This document shows positions 26,925 to 38,529 of a stretch of 64,000 nt of DNA, piece after piece. The stretch is taken from NCBI GenBank assembly GCA_951406725.2, contig OX597829.1, forward strand, positions 51,274,001 to 51,338,000, given 5' to 3'. This stretch comes from Octopus vulgaris (lineage: Eukaryota). The position numbers and the translations under genes were made by a program. The notes under the pieces are model-generated. The model did no database searches, had not been told where the DNA came from, and worked only from the letters and a program-made list of their open reading frames with translations. The stretch's first letter is position 1; each line of letters begins with the position of its first letter.

Positions 26925-27800
26925 CTAAGGCCCTTCAATTCTAGACCTTGCTTCCACATCATAAACTTCGTCTCCAGTTCTGGCGGTGACTTGACTATAA
27001 GAGCAAGGTTGTCAGCATAGAGGAACTCCCAGGAGCAGCCTGTCTTGAATTCCTCTGTTATTGCCTGGAGGACTATAATGAATAAGAGCAGGCTGAGGAC
27101 TGATCCTTGGTTAACCCCTACTTCTACTCAGAATTCTTCACTGTACTTGTTGCCAACTCTCACCTTACTGACTGTCCCTGTACAGAGCTTAATCAGCTCT
27201 TAGCAGCCACTCGTCTATCCACAGTTTCCACATTGACCACCAAATAAGGGATCAGGGAATCCTGTCAAAGGCTTTCTCCAAGTCAGCAAAAGCCAAGTTC
27301 AAAGGTTTATCTTTGGCTAGGTATTTCTCCTGCAGTTGCCTTACCAGAAATATAGCATCAGTGGTGCTTCTGCCTGGCAAGAAACTGAACTGCACCTCAT
27401 CTAGGCTAATTCTCTCCCTATTTAGTTGGGCTATGACCCTCTCTGTAACTTTCATCACCTGATCCAATAATTTGACACCCCTGTAGTTATTCCTATCTAA
27501 AGCATCACATTTTCCCTTGTAGCAGTTGACTATGGTACTGCTACACCAGTCATTGGGTATGATTCCTTCATGTACTTCCTGATTTACAATGCGGGTAACC
27601 CACACTGCCCAATATTTTAAGCATCCCAGCAGTGATTCCTGATAGGCCAGGTGCTTTCTCTGTCTTCATATCCTTAATTGCTTTATCTACCTAAGTACTG
27701 TCGATTCGGATAGATGGTCCCTTAATTTGGTCAACCTTTGGCAGACTCTCCTCCTCCCATTCATTTTCCACATTCAGCAGTCTTTCATAATGGCTTCTCA
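26925..27800 (-). mobile_element. RTE-clade LINE fragment (degenerate RT), inverted relative to the previous one
   Basis: ORF 27252-27605: IPNDWCSSTIVNCYKGKCDALDRNNYRGVKLL...GRSTTDAIFLVRQLQEK...DLEKAFDR; LYADNL nearby. Confidence 0.9.
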
Positions 27801-27906
27801 TTTTAAAAATCATCTCTGGCTAATCGTTGAGAGGACATTGGTGTTGCCTTGGCGGAGGTTTTCCACTCCCTGAGTGCTCTTGTTGGTATTAATATTATAT
27901 CTTGTT

Positions 27907-28132
27907 TAACCCTTTAGTGTTCTGATTATTCTATCAAACATAATGCTTATTGATTCACATTGATTTGAATCAATCATGCATTATCTCATATCTTCAAGAT
28001 CTTGATGGTGCAATTACTTAATGTAGAATAACATTGTAGGGTAGGTGTGAGGGCCTGGATCTGGTCAGTTTGAACATAAAACAGATTAAATATTTTGGCC
28101 AGATATGGCCGGTTTAAATACTAAAGGGTTAA
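27907..28132. mobile_element. TTAA-type MITE (ttaaccctttag...ctaaagggttaa)
   Basis: TIRs with TTAA; a near-identical inverted copy lies at about 52615-52832. Confidence 0.78.
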
Positions 28133-28171
28133 TGTTATCTTTGCTAAATATGGATGCATTTTATTTTTCAG

Positions 28172-28378
28172 GTGAAGTCGAAGTCTGTGAAACAATGCAT
28201 TCAGTTCTATTATTTGTGGAAGAAAGTTTGTCCGGATGAATATAAAAGACTCCGAACAATTCGTCGTAAAAAGGAAAGTGAAGCTATTTACCGTCTAAGA
28301 AATCAGCAGCGTGAGGAATCCAATACCGAAGTCCCAAATTTTAAGAGCAATCTAAAAGAACCAGTTGAAAGAAAAACT
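28172..28378 (+). CDS. TRERF1: Exon: SANT C-half (VKSKSVKQCIQFYYLWKK...)
   Basis: tttcag acceptor, ACT|gtaagt donor; matches ORF 28154. Confidence 0.93.
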
Positions 28379-28455
28379 GTAAGTTTATGACGTTTAGTTT
28401 TGTTGTCGTTGAGCTTCTTTTTTTCTTTCCCCCAAGTGAGAAATGCATTGAAGAA

Positions 28456-28826
28456 TATTATATAGAGAATACCAAACGAGTTCCCTATGGATACCGTATT
28501 TATTACAAGCCACGAGTTGTAATAAATACGGTATCCATAGGGAATGAGTTTGGTATTTTATTTATTACACACGAATAAACGACCATATTTTATTAACCCA
28601 ATAACTAAATTCTTCACATTTAGTTGTAACTTATGAATGACAAAAGTAGTGCCGTCACCGTGACCTCAAGTCATCACCATAGATTGACCAATCAGAAGCA
28701 GTGCTGTCACCGTGACCTCGGGTCATCACCATGGATTGACCAATCAGAAGCAGCGCTCGCAGTATCTGACATATGTTAGATACCAAAAATATCTCAAAGT
28801 GTTCTCACTCACATGTGTGTAATAAT
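28456..28826 (+). mobile_element. 371-bp non-autonomous element with terminal hairpin and two internal 52-bp repeats (copy 1)
   Basis: Near-identical inverted copy at 57845-58215; TATTA.../...TAATAA ends; no obvious TSD. Confidence 0.75.
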
Positions 28827-30429
28827 TCAGGATGGTAGATGGTTCATACAGTATTTAAGTTACTTTAATTTAGCTTCGTTAACCTCTTGTCTATTTTGAA
28901 ATTGCACCAAGTTAAGTGTAGTTTTTTTTTTTTTTCATGCTTCCCAGTAGTATCAGTTGCTGTTGTTGTTGTTGTTGTTTAATTCTAGGTTAACCTGTCA
29001 GCATTCAAACCGGCCATATCCAGCCAAAATATTCTACCTGTTTTAAGTTCAAAGTGACCAGATCCTGCCTCTCACACCTATCTTATAATGTCATTCTAAA
29101 AATAGTCTCATCATCAAAAGCTCAAAGATACCAAATAATGCATGATTAATTCAAAACGACAGAAATAAATATGCTTTATATTTGAGAGTATAATATGAAT
29201 GTCAAGGGGTTAAGGCAGGAAGCTGACATAATTGTTAGCACAATGGGCAAAATGCTTAGCAACATTCTGTCCATCTTTACATTCTGAGTTCAAATTCCAC
29301 CAAAGCCAGCTTTGCCTTGCATTCTTGTGGGGGTCGATAAAATAAGTACCAGTTGAATACTGGGGGTCGATGTAATTGACTTACCCCTTCCCCTGAAATT
29401 GTACCAAAATTTGAAACCATTATTTAATTCTAGGTTAAAGGTGGCAAGAGCTCAGATTCATTAGAGTGCCAGAGAAAATGCTTTGCAAAATTCTGAGTTC
29501 AAATGCTGCCAAGGTCAACTTTGTCTTTAATTTTTGGTGGGGATTGATAAAGTACCATTCAAATATTAGGGTCCCTCCCCACTTATTTCAAGTCTTGTTC
29601 CTATATTAGAAAGAATTATTTAACCAAACATAAGCCCTGGTTGAGCAGACCTATGATCAAACACATTTTAATCATTAAACACTTTTTTTCTTCCCTACAT
29701 AGTATACATTACCCACCAGATTATCTTAACTTTTTTTAAGATGCTTGGATGTGATTTGAGGGGAATTTAGCCATGAACTATGGAAATAAGATGTGTTTTG
29801 GCATGGTTTCTACAGCTGAGTGCTCTTCCTAATGCCATCCACTTTACAGAGTGTACTGGGTGCTTTTTACGTGGCACAAACAATGGTGAAGGTGTGGCTA
29901 TGTGGTAAGAAGCTTGCTTCCCAATCACATGGCACCTTGGGCAAGTATCTTCTACAATAGCCTTGGGGTGACCAAAGCCTTGTGAGTGGATTTGGTAGAC
30001 GGAAACTGAAAGAAGCCCGTTGTATATATATATTTTCATATATGTATTTATGTGTGTGTCTGTGTTTGTCCCACCCCCCATCACCACTTGACAACCAGTG
30101 CTGGTGTGTTTACATCCCCAAAACCTAGCGGTTCAGCGAAAGAGGCCGATAAAATAAGTACTAGGCTTCGAAATAAAAAGTTCTAGGGTCAATTGGTTGA
30201 ACTAAAATGCCTCAAGGTGGTGCCCCAGCATGGCCGCAGTCAACTGATTGAAACGATTAAAAGGTAAAGCGGTAAAAGGCAATGGACTTGCAAGACAAGA
30301 CCCCTTAACTAAATGGGGCACAACATTGAATGAGCTGAAAGTATAATAGGGGGACAAGAGCAAATTGAATGAGCTGAAAGTATAATAGGGGACAAGAGCA
30401 GAAGGTGATTATGAAAGAGATAGAACAGG

Positions 30430-30970
30430 GTATATTGCTTTACTACCCACAAGGGGCTAAACATAGAAGGGACAAACAAGGACAGACAAACGGATTAAGT
30501 CGAGATGTGGGGGATCAAGACAGAAGGTGATTATGAACGCAGTGGCAGACGAAATACCTATTTCTTTACTGCCCACAAGGGGTTAAACACAGAGTGGACA
30601 CACAAGGACAGACAAACGGATTAAGTCGACTATATCGACCCCAGTGCGTAACTGGTATTTATTTAATCGACCCCGAAAGGATGAAAGGCAAAGTCAACCT
30701 CGGCGGAATTTGAACTCAGAACGCAGTGGCAGACGAAATACCTATTTCTTTACTGCCCACAAGGGGCTAAACACAGAGGGGACAAACAAGGACAGACAAA
30801 CGGATTAAGTCGACTATATTGATCCCAGTGCGTAACTGGTACTTAATTTATCGACCCCGAAAGGATGAAAGGCAAAGTCAACCTCGGCGGAATTTGAACT
30901 CAGAACGCAGTGGCAGACGAAATACCGCTCAGCATTTCGCCCGGCATGCTAATGTTTCTGCCAGCTCGCC
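30430..30970 (-). repeat. Tandem array of SINE family B units (about 183 bp)
   Basis: Repeated ctatttctttactgcccacaagggg...gaacgcagtggcagacgaaatac units. Confidence 0.8.
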
Positions 30971-32360
30971 AGCTAGAACAGGGTAGATGAACGCTGACCC
31001 TTACCAGTGCATGAGAAAAAGGAAGCCTCTACATAATCATTTTATTTGATGGGAATAACAGTCAAATCTCCTTCAAATCACACCTTGCTGTCTTCAAAGA
31101 AAACAGAGCAAATGGTTGGACACACTGGACAATGTATCCCTACTTGAACGACAAAAGACAGGATGGTCAAAGGTGGAAAGCTTTTCATCCATAGGTCTGC
31201 TTTTTCAGGGCTGACCAAGATTTAGCTCCTTTGGCATTCAGATCACAATTGTCAAATGTAATGCTCACTTATTCTCATTGTTTTCAATTAATCGTGCATC
31301 ATCTCAAAGCTCCAAGATGGCCTTGTAGGGTAGGTGTGAGAGGCCTGATCTGGCCAGTTTCATCATAAAACAAGGTAAAATATTTAGGACAGGCATGGCT
31401 GGTTTAAACATCACCGACTCCATTGTTAATATTCTTATCATTTTCTTTACTCAGTGCCGCCTTGGCTGGCTTCCGTGCCGGTGGCACGTTAAAAGCACCA
31501 ACCAATCGTGGCCGATGCCGGACCCCCCTGGCACCTGTGCAGGTGGCACGTAAAAAGCACCCACTACACTCGCGAAGTGGTTGGCGTTAGGAAGGGCATC
31601 CAGCCATAGAAACACTGCCAGATCAGACTGGAGCCTGGTGCTGCCCCTGGCTTCCCAGATCCCCGGTCGAACCGTCCAACCCGTGCTAGCGCGGAAAACG
31701 GACGTTAAACGATGATGATGATGATGATGATGTTACTCATTGCATAAGACAAATCACATGTCAGAGAAACCCCATGGTTTTTATGATTAGACTCATTAGT
31801 CAAACTATTTAATGAGTAATGAGCAGGCAGAATCGTTAAATTAGATACTTGTAGTATCTAATTATGGCTCTTCGTATTTATTTCTTTATTGCCCATAGGT
31901 GGGAGTGCTAAACGTAGAGGGGGGATAAACAAGGACAGACAAAGGGATTACATCAACCCCAGTGTGTAACTGGTACTTGTCTGTAACTCATTGCAAAACA
32001 AATATCTCAAGAGGCTTCATTCTTAAAACATTTGTTTCTGATCAGTTTCCTTGCTGATGCTTACATTGGTCACACGTGTGTGTGCGTGTGTGCATGCGTT
32101 TGTGTGTGCGCACACACCCACACGCACACACTTCAACACTACATACCAAATGGCACTCACACACAATGTATTGATCAATCATGAAACTGTGTTGAAACAT
32201 GACGCTCACCCAATGAGAACTCAAACAAAAGATTGCACTAAGAACTCTGTAGTTGAGAGGAGGAATTTCTAACTATACAACTGTTGATGTAGTACTTTGC
32301 TGAGATACCTTATCTTATGCCATGTTATTATTTGGGTCTTTTTTTTTTCCCCCCCCACAG

Positions 32361-32432
32361 GAGAATTTTGAAATGGAGAGTAAAAACCAAATAAACTCTT
32401 CATTTCGTTGTGATTACCCTGATTGCAGTCTT
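32361..32432 (+). CDS. TRERF1: Exon: first half of a C2H2 finger (ENFEMESKNQINSSFRCDYPDCSL)
   Basis: Strong pyrimidine tract plus cag; CTT|gtgagt donor. Confidence 0.9.
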
Positions 32433-32494
32433 GTGAGTATCTTTACATCTTCATGTATAATTAGCAATTGATTGCTTCACTTCTACTTTGATTG

Positions 32495-33682
32495 TAATGG
32501 AAACACCTTAAAATTTCAAACAAATTAATTTTGATATGGGGGTAGGACCGCCTTTGGACATAAATACAACTTGAATTCTATGAGGTATGGACTCGTACAA
32601 AGTTTGAATTGTTTCCAAAGGAATTATTGTCCATTCTTCAGCTAAAACAGTCTCCAGTTCTTGTAGTGATGATGGTGGAGGATATCGACTCCTTACTTGT
32701 TTTTCTAAAAGGCACCATAAATGTTCGATGATATTGAAATCTGAGGACTGTGATGGCCAGATAAGATGTTCAACTACACTAGAATGTTCCTTGTGTATGA
32801 ATTGGTGCATTATCATCCTGAAAGATTGGGTTTCCTTCCGGAAACATTTCCACAACCATAGGATGAATTTGACCAGATAAAATGCTTAATTAGTCTTGAC
32901 TATTAATTCTGCCATGAAAGGAAACCATTGGGCTGACAAATCATCATAGATCCTGCTCCATGTTTAACAGTTGGAAGAAGGCAGTCTGGGTCAAATGCTT
33001 CTTTTGGCTGTCTCCACATGTAGACTCAGCCAGCGGTCGGAAATAAGGCAAAGGATGACTCATCCAAGGAAATAGCATTCTTCTACTGCTTTATGGACCA
33101 ATTCTGTAGGTTTTTACTCCACTCTAAACACGTTGCAACATTTGTTTTTGAAAGTAGCGGTTTTCTGATTGCAGCCCTCCTTTGAAATCTGGCTTTGTGC
33201 AGCTCATGGTCATTAGGTTCTGCATTAATTTTGAGAGCTCTACTTTTGTGATCCTTTCTAACAATCAGTGTAAGAGTCCAATGGTCCTTACCTGAAAGTT
33301 TTGGTTTTCTTCCGGAGTTTTGTTTCGGAGAGGAGGTTTCTCCCTCTTTCTCAAAGGCTGTCATTACTTTCGAGACAGTACTTCTTGATACACCAAACAT
33401 TTCGGCCTGTTTTCATTACACTAGTGCCTGCCATACGAACACCAACAATTTGACCTCTTTGAAAGTTCGACAGATCTGTCGTTTTAATGAATTTTAATTA
33501 CCTTTTTCTGATGATATCTGAAAAGAAAGAGCGATTTTAGCAAAACATATTAAGCAACACTAATAATAAATAAAAAAACATAAAAAGCTTTTGATGGTTT
33601 TATAAACAAGCTTTTGATGGTTTTATAGATATTTCACAATTATGATGCTAGGTGTTTCCATTATTTTGTTCCAACTCCTATA
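32495..33682 (-). mobile_element. Tc1-family DNA transposon relic (pseudogenised transposase)
   Basis: TIR remnants taatggaaacacct / aggtgtttccatta; HTH region FQRGQIVG...FGVSRSTVSKV; catalytic WPSQSSDFNIIEHLW motif; stops and frameshifts. Confidence 0.9.
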
Positions 33683-33977
33683 TACACACACATACACAGA
33701 TGGTTGTGGTTGAGTAGCTAATGAGAAAGGCTCAGATCATGTTTGATATTAAAAACAGTCAAGATTAGCTGTAAATTTACTGTGGTACATTCCTTTGTGT
33801 GAATGTGTGTGTACATTTGTAAACCCAAAATTTAATCATAAGTATTATTATTATAAGCTTTGCATTTGTAATTAAACTTTACCAATTTTTAAATAATGAT
33901 AATAATAATAATAGTAATAATGATAATAATCCCTTAATAAATCTCCAAATGAGATGTAAACAGTAACCGCTCGACAA

Positions 33978-34231
33978 CGTAAAGTGTACTAGCCATCTCA
34001 ATGTGGCCAGCCACTGGGGGTGGGTGTTACTGAAGCTTTTAGCCCCAGGAGATCATCGTCTCCAGCTAGCTTTAGGCACACTTTCTGTGCCTTTCTGATA
34101 TTTGCGAATATCAGAAAGGCACAGAAAGTGTGTCTACAGCCAGCTGGAGACGATGATCTCCTGGGGCTAAAAGCTTCAGTAACACCCACCCCCAGTGGCT
34201 GGCCACATTGAGATGGCTAGTACACTTTACG
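33978..34231. repeat. Near-perfect 254-bp palindrome (125-bp arms, 4-nt loop)
   Basis: Arms differ at only 3 positions; explains the mirror ORFs 33998(-) and 34020(+). Confidence 0.95.
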
Positions 34232-34332
34232 ATAATAATCCCCTTTTACATTTAAACAAATAATTGGTTTGTTTGATGATGATGATGATGTTAAACAATA
34301 ATACATGAATTTTCAAAACTCGTATTTTTCAG

Positions 34333-34520
34333 ATTTTCAACTCTAGACAGGTTTTAAATAACCACATGAGAATTCATGGAAAAACTGTGAGTAGCAACTC
34401 TACAAGAGTAGAATCAGTGATGACATCCACTACGTCATCACAACATACAACAGCAACAACCAATTCTGCTCCAACACAAACTGTTCCGGTCATTGATTAT
34501 CCTTGTAAACTGTGTGGAAA
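34333..34520 (+). CDS. TRERF1: Exon: finger end (IFNSRQVLNNHMRIHG), T-rich linker, start of last finger (YPCKLCG)
   Basis: tttcag acceptor, AA|gtaagt donor. Confidence 0.92.
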
Positions 34521-34889
34521 GTAAGTGATTTGTTGAAACAAACAGTAAAACCTTATGGTGTTTCATGTGAAGGTGCATGACTTTGTGGTTAGGGTATTCA
34601 GCTCACAAAGGCGGCGAGCTGGCAGAAACGTTAGCACGCTGGACGAAATGCTTAGTGGTATTTCATCTGCCATTACGTTCTGAGTTGAAATTCTGCTGAG
34701 GTCGACTTTGCCTTTCATCCTTTCATCATCATCATCATCGTTTAACGTCTGCTTCAGTGTTTCTACAGCTGGATGCCCTTCCTAACGCCAACCACTCCGA
34801 GAGTGTAGTGGGTGTTTTTTATGTGCCACCGACACAGGTGCCAGACGAGGCTGGTGAACGGCCACGATCGGATGGTGTTTGTTATGTGC

Positions 34890-35530
34890 CCACGGGGTCG
34901 ATAAATTAAATACCAGTTACGCACTGGGATCTGATATAATCTGCTTAATCCGTTTGTCTTCTCGGTGTTTAGCAAGATATAGGTATTTCATCTGTCTTTA
35001 CATTTTGAGTTCAAATTCCGTCAAGGTCGACTTTGCCTTTCATCCTTTCGGAGTCGATTAAATAAGTACCAGTTATGCACTGGGATTAATATAATCGACT
35101 TAATCCGTTTGTCTGTCCTTGTTTGTCCTCTCTGTATTTAGCCCCTTGTGGGTAGCAAAGAAATAGGTATTTTGTCTGCCACTACGTTCTGAGTTCAAAT
35201 TCCGCCAAGGTCAACTTTGCCTTTCATCCTTTCGGGGTCGATTAAATAAGTACCAGTTACGCACTGGGGTCGATGTAATCGACTCAATCCATTTGTTTGT
35301 CCTCTCTGTGTTTAGCCCCTTGTGGGTAGTAAAGATATAGGTATTTCGTCTGTCTTTACGTTTTGAGTTCAAATTCCACCGAGGTTGTCTTTGCCTTTCA
35401 TCCTTTCGGGTTTGATTAAATAAGTACCAGTTACACACTGGGATCGATATAATCGACTTAATCCATTTATCTGTCCTTGTTTGTCCTCTCTGTGTTTAGC
35501 CCCTTGTGAGTAGCAATGAAATAGAAATAG
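34890..35530 (+). repeat. Tandem array of SINE family B units
   Basis: Three to four head-to-tail units of about 180 bp. Confidence 0.8.
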
Positions 35531-35960
35531 GTATTCAGCTCACAGTCATAAAGTCGTGAGTTCAATTCTGGGCAATGCATTGTGTCCTTGAGCAAGACAC
35601 TTTATTCCATGTTGCTGACTTCATATTCATAAATGTAAGGTAAAAGTACTTGCAACTTTTAACCACAAAATTGTGAGTTCCACTTTCCATAAATTATTTC
35701 AGTCTGTTGTGTAATCAGTAGACTGATTACCTAAATGAATGCCTAAACCATTTCCCAGTAAAAAGACATTGACATCATCTTGTTATTGTTGTTGCTCTTT
35801 AACCACCTTGATTAAAAATTATTCCAGTTGAGAACACCCCCCCCACTTCTAAAAAAAAATTAATGTAATTAATGTATCTACATAGAGGCTTCCTCTGTGT
35901 AACTTGTGGTGATGGTGCTTCTGTACTGTAACTCCCTTACTACATTATTTTATTAACATA

Positions 35961-36331
35961 GGCGCAGGAGTGGCTCTGTGGTAAGTAGCCTGCTTACCAA
36001 CCACACGGTTCCGGGTTCAGTCCCACTGCGTGGCAGCTTGAGCAAGTGTCTTCTACTATAGCCTCGGGCCAACCAAAGCCTTGTGAGTGGATTTGGTAGA
36101 CGGAAACTGAAAGAAACCTGTCGTATATATATGTGTGTGTGTCTGTGTTTGTCCCCCCAACATCGCTTGACAACTGATGCCGGTATGTTTACGTCCCCGT
36201 TACTTAGTGGTTCGGCAAAAGAGACCGATAGAATAAGTACTGGGCTTACAAAGAATAAGACCTGGGGTCGATTTGCTCGACTAAAAGGCGGTGCTCCAGC
36301 ATGGCCGCAGTCAAATGACTGAAACAAGTAA
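35961..36331 (+). mobile_element. SINE family A, full length
   Basis: tRNA-like head through the GAAACAAGTAAAA tail. Confidence 0.82.
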
Positions 36332-36591
36332 AAAAAGAAGAAAAACAAAAAAAAAAGAGAACTTAAATATTTTTTTGAAGTTTGGTGTAGAAGAAGGGGC
36401 TGCATCCATTCCCTTCTCAGACTCTGCAAGATCAGTGAGATTGACGATGGCATTACCATTCTTCTTAAACTGTTGGAAGTTGATGACTGCAGGAAAGGGA
36501 TACGAGATGTTTTGGTGCCACCTGTTGGGCATCGCTGATTCAATGCCGGCTCATTTAACATCAGACTTAACAACCTTTTTTTCATTTTTCA

Positions 36592-36603
36592 TTCTCTCTC
36601 TCT

Positions 36604-36656
<53 letters not shown>

Positions 36657-36899
36657 ATGTTTATGTGTGTGAGCTTGTTTCCCTTTATGTGTCTGAGGAG
36701 AGGGAAAGTGTTCATGTCAGTCACGTCCAATTAATATATTGTAATCTCTCTCTCTCACTTACTCACTCTGACTCTCTCTCTCTCTCTCTCTCTCACTTAC
36801 TCACTCTGACTCTCTCTCTCTCTCTCACTTACTCACTCTAACTCTCTCTCTCTCTCTCTTACTCACTCTGACTCTCTCTCTCTCACTTACTCACTCTAA

Positions 36900-36930
<31 letters not shown>

Positions 36931-37281
36931 TCTCTCTCTCTCTTTCTCTCTCTCACTTACTCACTCTGACTCTCTCTCTCTCTCTCTTACTCACTCTAAC
37001 TCTCTCTCTTACTCACTCTCTCTCTCTCACTTACTCACTCTGACTCTCTCTCTCTCTCACTCTACTCTCTCTCACTCTCACTTACTCACTCTCTCTCTCT
37101 CTCTCTCTCTTACTCACTCTGACTCTCTCTCACTTACTCACTCACTCTAACTCTCTCTCTCTCTCTCACTTACTCACTCTGACTCTCTCTCACTTACTCA
37201 CTCTGACTCTCTCTCTCTCTCTCTCTCACTTATTCACTCTCTCTCTCTCTCTCTCACTCACTCTGATTCTCTCTCTCTCTC
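36592..37281. repeat. (CT)n microsatellite with ctcacttactcactctga higher-order unit
   Basis: Seen directly. Confidence 0.9.
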
Positions 37282-38308
37282 CTATTGTTTATGCGTGGTC
37301 ATATTTCCCATATGTGTCTAAGGAGAGAGAAAAATGTTTATGTCAATCTTGTTCCATTAATGAATTGTAATGTTTCCCTATCTGCATGTGTTTATTCCTC
37401 TGTGTGCGTGTGTGCCTCCAACTCCAGAAAGTATTGTCAAAGAGGGCTGAATACCCAGTCAGCTGGCCAAATTGTCAATGTCCTCCAAACAGCCACACCA
37501 AGTCATCTCATTCTGACAGGAAAGACACGCAAAGGGAGAAATTAAACAGAGCTGATGTTCTATGGAAGAATGACTGTCTGTGGTGGTTTGATGGTATTGG
37601 GCACCATTTAACATCCATTTTCCATGCTGGCAATGTTTAAGCAGTTTCACTGGCTGGGAAGCTGTGGACAGCTGCACCAGGTTCCAATTATCTGTTTTGG
37701 TATGGTTTCTTCTGCTGGATGCCCTTCCTAATACCAACCACTTTACAGAGTGTACTGGGTGCTTTTTTATGTGGCACCAACATGGGTGCTTTTTGTGTGA
37801 CAAAGCACCAATCCAATCGTGGCCGTTTGCCAGCCTCGCCTGGCACGTAAAAAGCACCCACTACACTCACGGAGTAGTTGGCATTAGGAAGGGCATCCAA
37901 CCGTAGAAACACTGCCAGATCAGACTGGAGCCTGGTGCAGCCTTCTGGCTTCCCAGACCCCAGTTGAACCGTCCAACCCATGCTAGCATGGAAAACGGAC
38001 GCTAAACGACGATGATGATGATGATCAGCACAGATGCTTTTTACATGGCATTATTAGCTCAGGTGCTTTTCACACTCTGGTATTGAGGTATAACGTTGTC
38101 TGTATTCTAATCCCAACGTACAACATTTGCTAAGATTTACAAAATTATATCCTCAGAGTTAATATGAAAAAGTATTAATGTAGTCAATCAGATGTATCTT
38201 CTCCTGTTTGAACCATTGAAATGAAAAATGTTCATGTCCTGTCCAATAAAACTGTAATAATATATTCCCTCTCTCTTTTCTTTTCTTTTTTTTTTCTTTT
38301 TCTTACAG

Positions 38309-38405
38309 GGTATTTACTAAAATCAAAAGCCGATGTGCACACATGAAAAGCCATGCTGAAATAGTAAGAAAAGTTGCCAAATTACAAGCTGCTCCTGAAG
38401 ATTGA
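38309..38405 (+). CDS. TRERF1: Terminal coding exon (VFTKIKSRCAHMKSHAEIVRKVAKLQAAPED*)
   Basis: Long pyrimidine tract plus acag; completes the KIKSRxAHMKxH finger; TGA stop. Confidence 0.92.
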
Positions 38406-38498
38406 TTCTTTGATTTACCATTCCTTCAGCTGGATAAGAAAATTATTAACAAACACAAGCACAATTCTTGTTTGTGTGTGCATGAGAGAGAGAAAGAA

Positions 38499-38529
<31 letters not shown>

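Larger units (their letters stand above)
5582..38405 (+). other. TRERF1: Gene span (5'-partial, 16 coding exons): TRERF1/ZNF541/MIDEAS-family ELM2-SANT C2H2 zinc-finger protein
   Basis: Phase-consistent GT-AG exon chain of 4657 nt ending in TGA at 38403-38405. Family motifs: [12 protein letters not shown] finger, KHRPAPLIIP, YTPPPMLSPVRSGPGLF, ELM2 (PHVNIGSNYQAELP), SANT (WTTEE...CIQFYYLWKK), C-terminal CKLCGKVFTKIKSRCAHMKSH finger. The exact vertebrate paralogue cannot be assigned; it is probably a co-orthologue. Confidence 0.9.

Noticed and set aside
33998-34211. Twin 63-aa ORFs on opposite strands
   Set aside because: A by-product of the DNA palindrome; no coding signature
34105-34225. 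HDV-like or hammerhead ribozyme in the 254-bp hairpin arm
   Set aside because: I could not build a convincing nested double pseudoknot or a CUGANGA/GAAA core by eye
35953-36734. 210-aa and 147-aa ORFs
   Set aside because: Mostly SINE and (CT)n sequence; no splice or domain support
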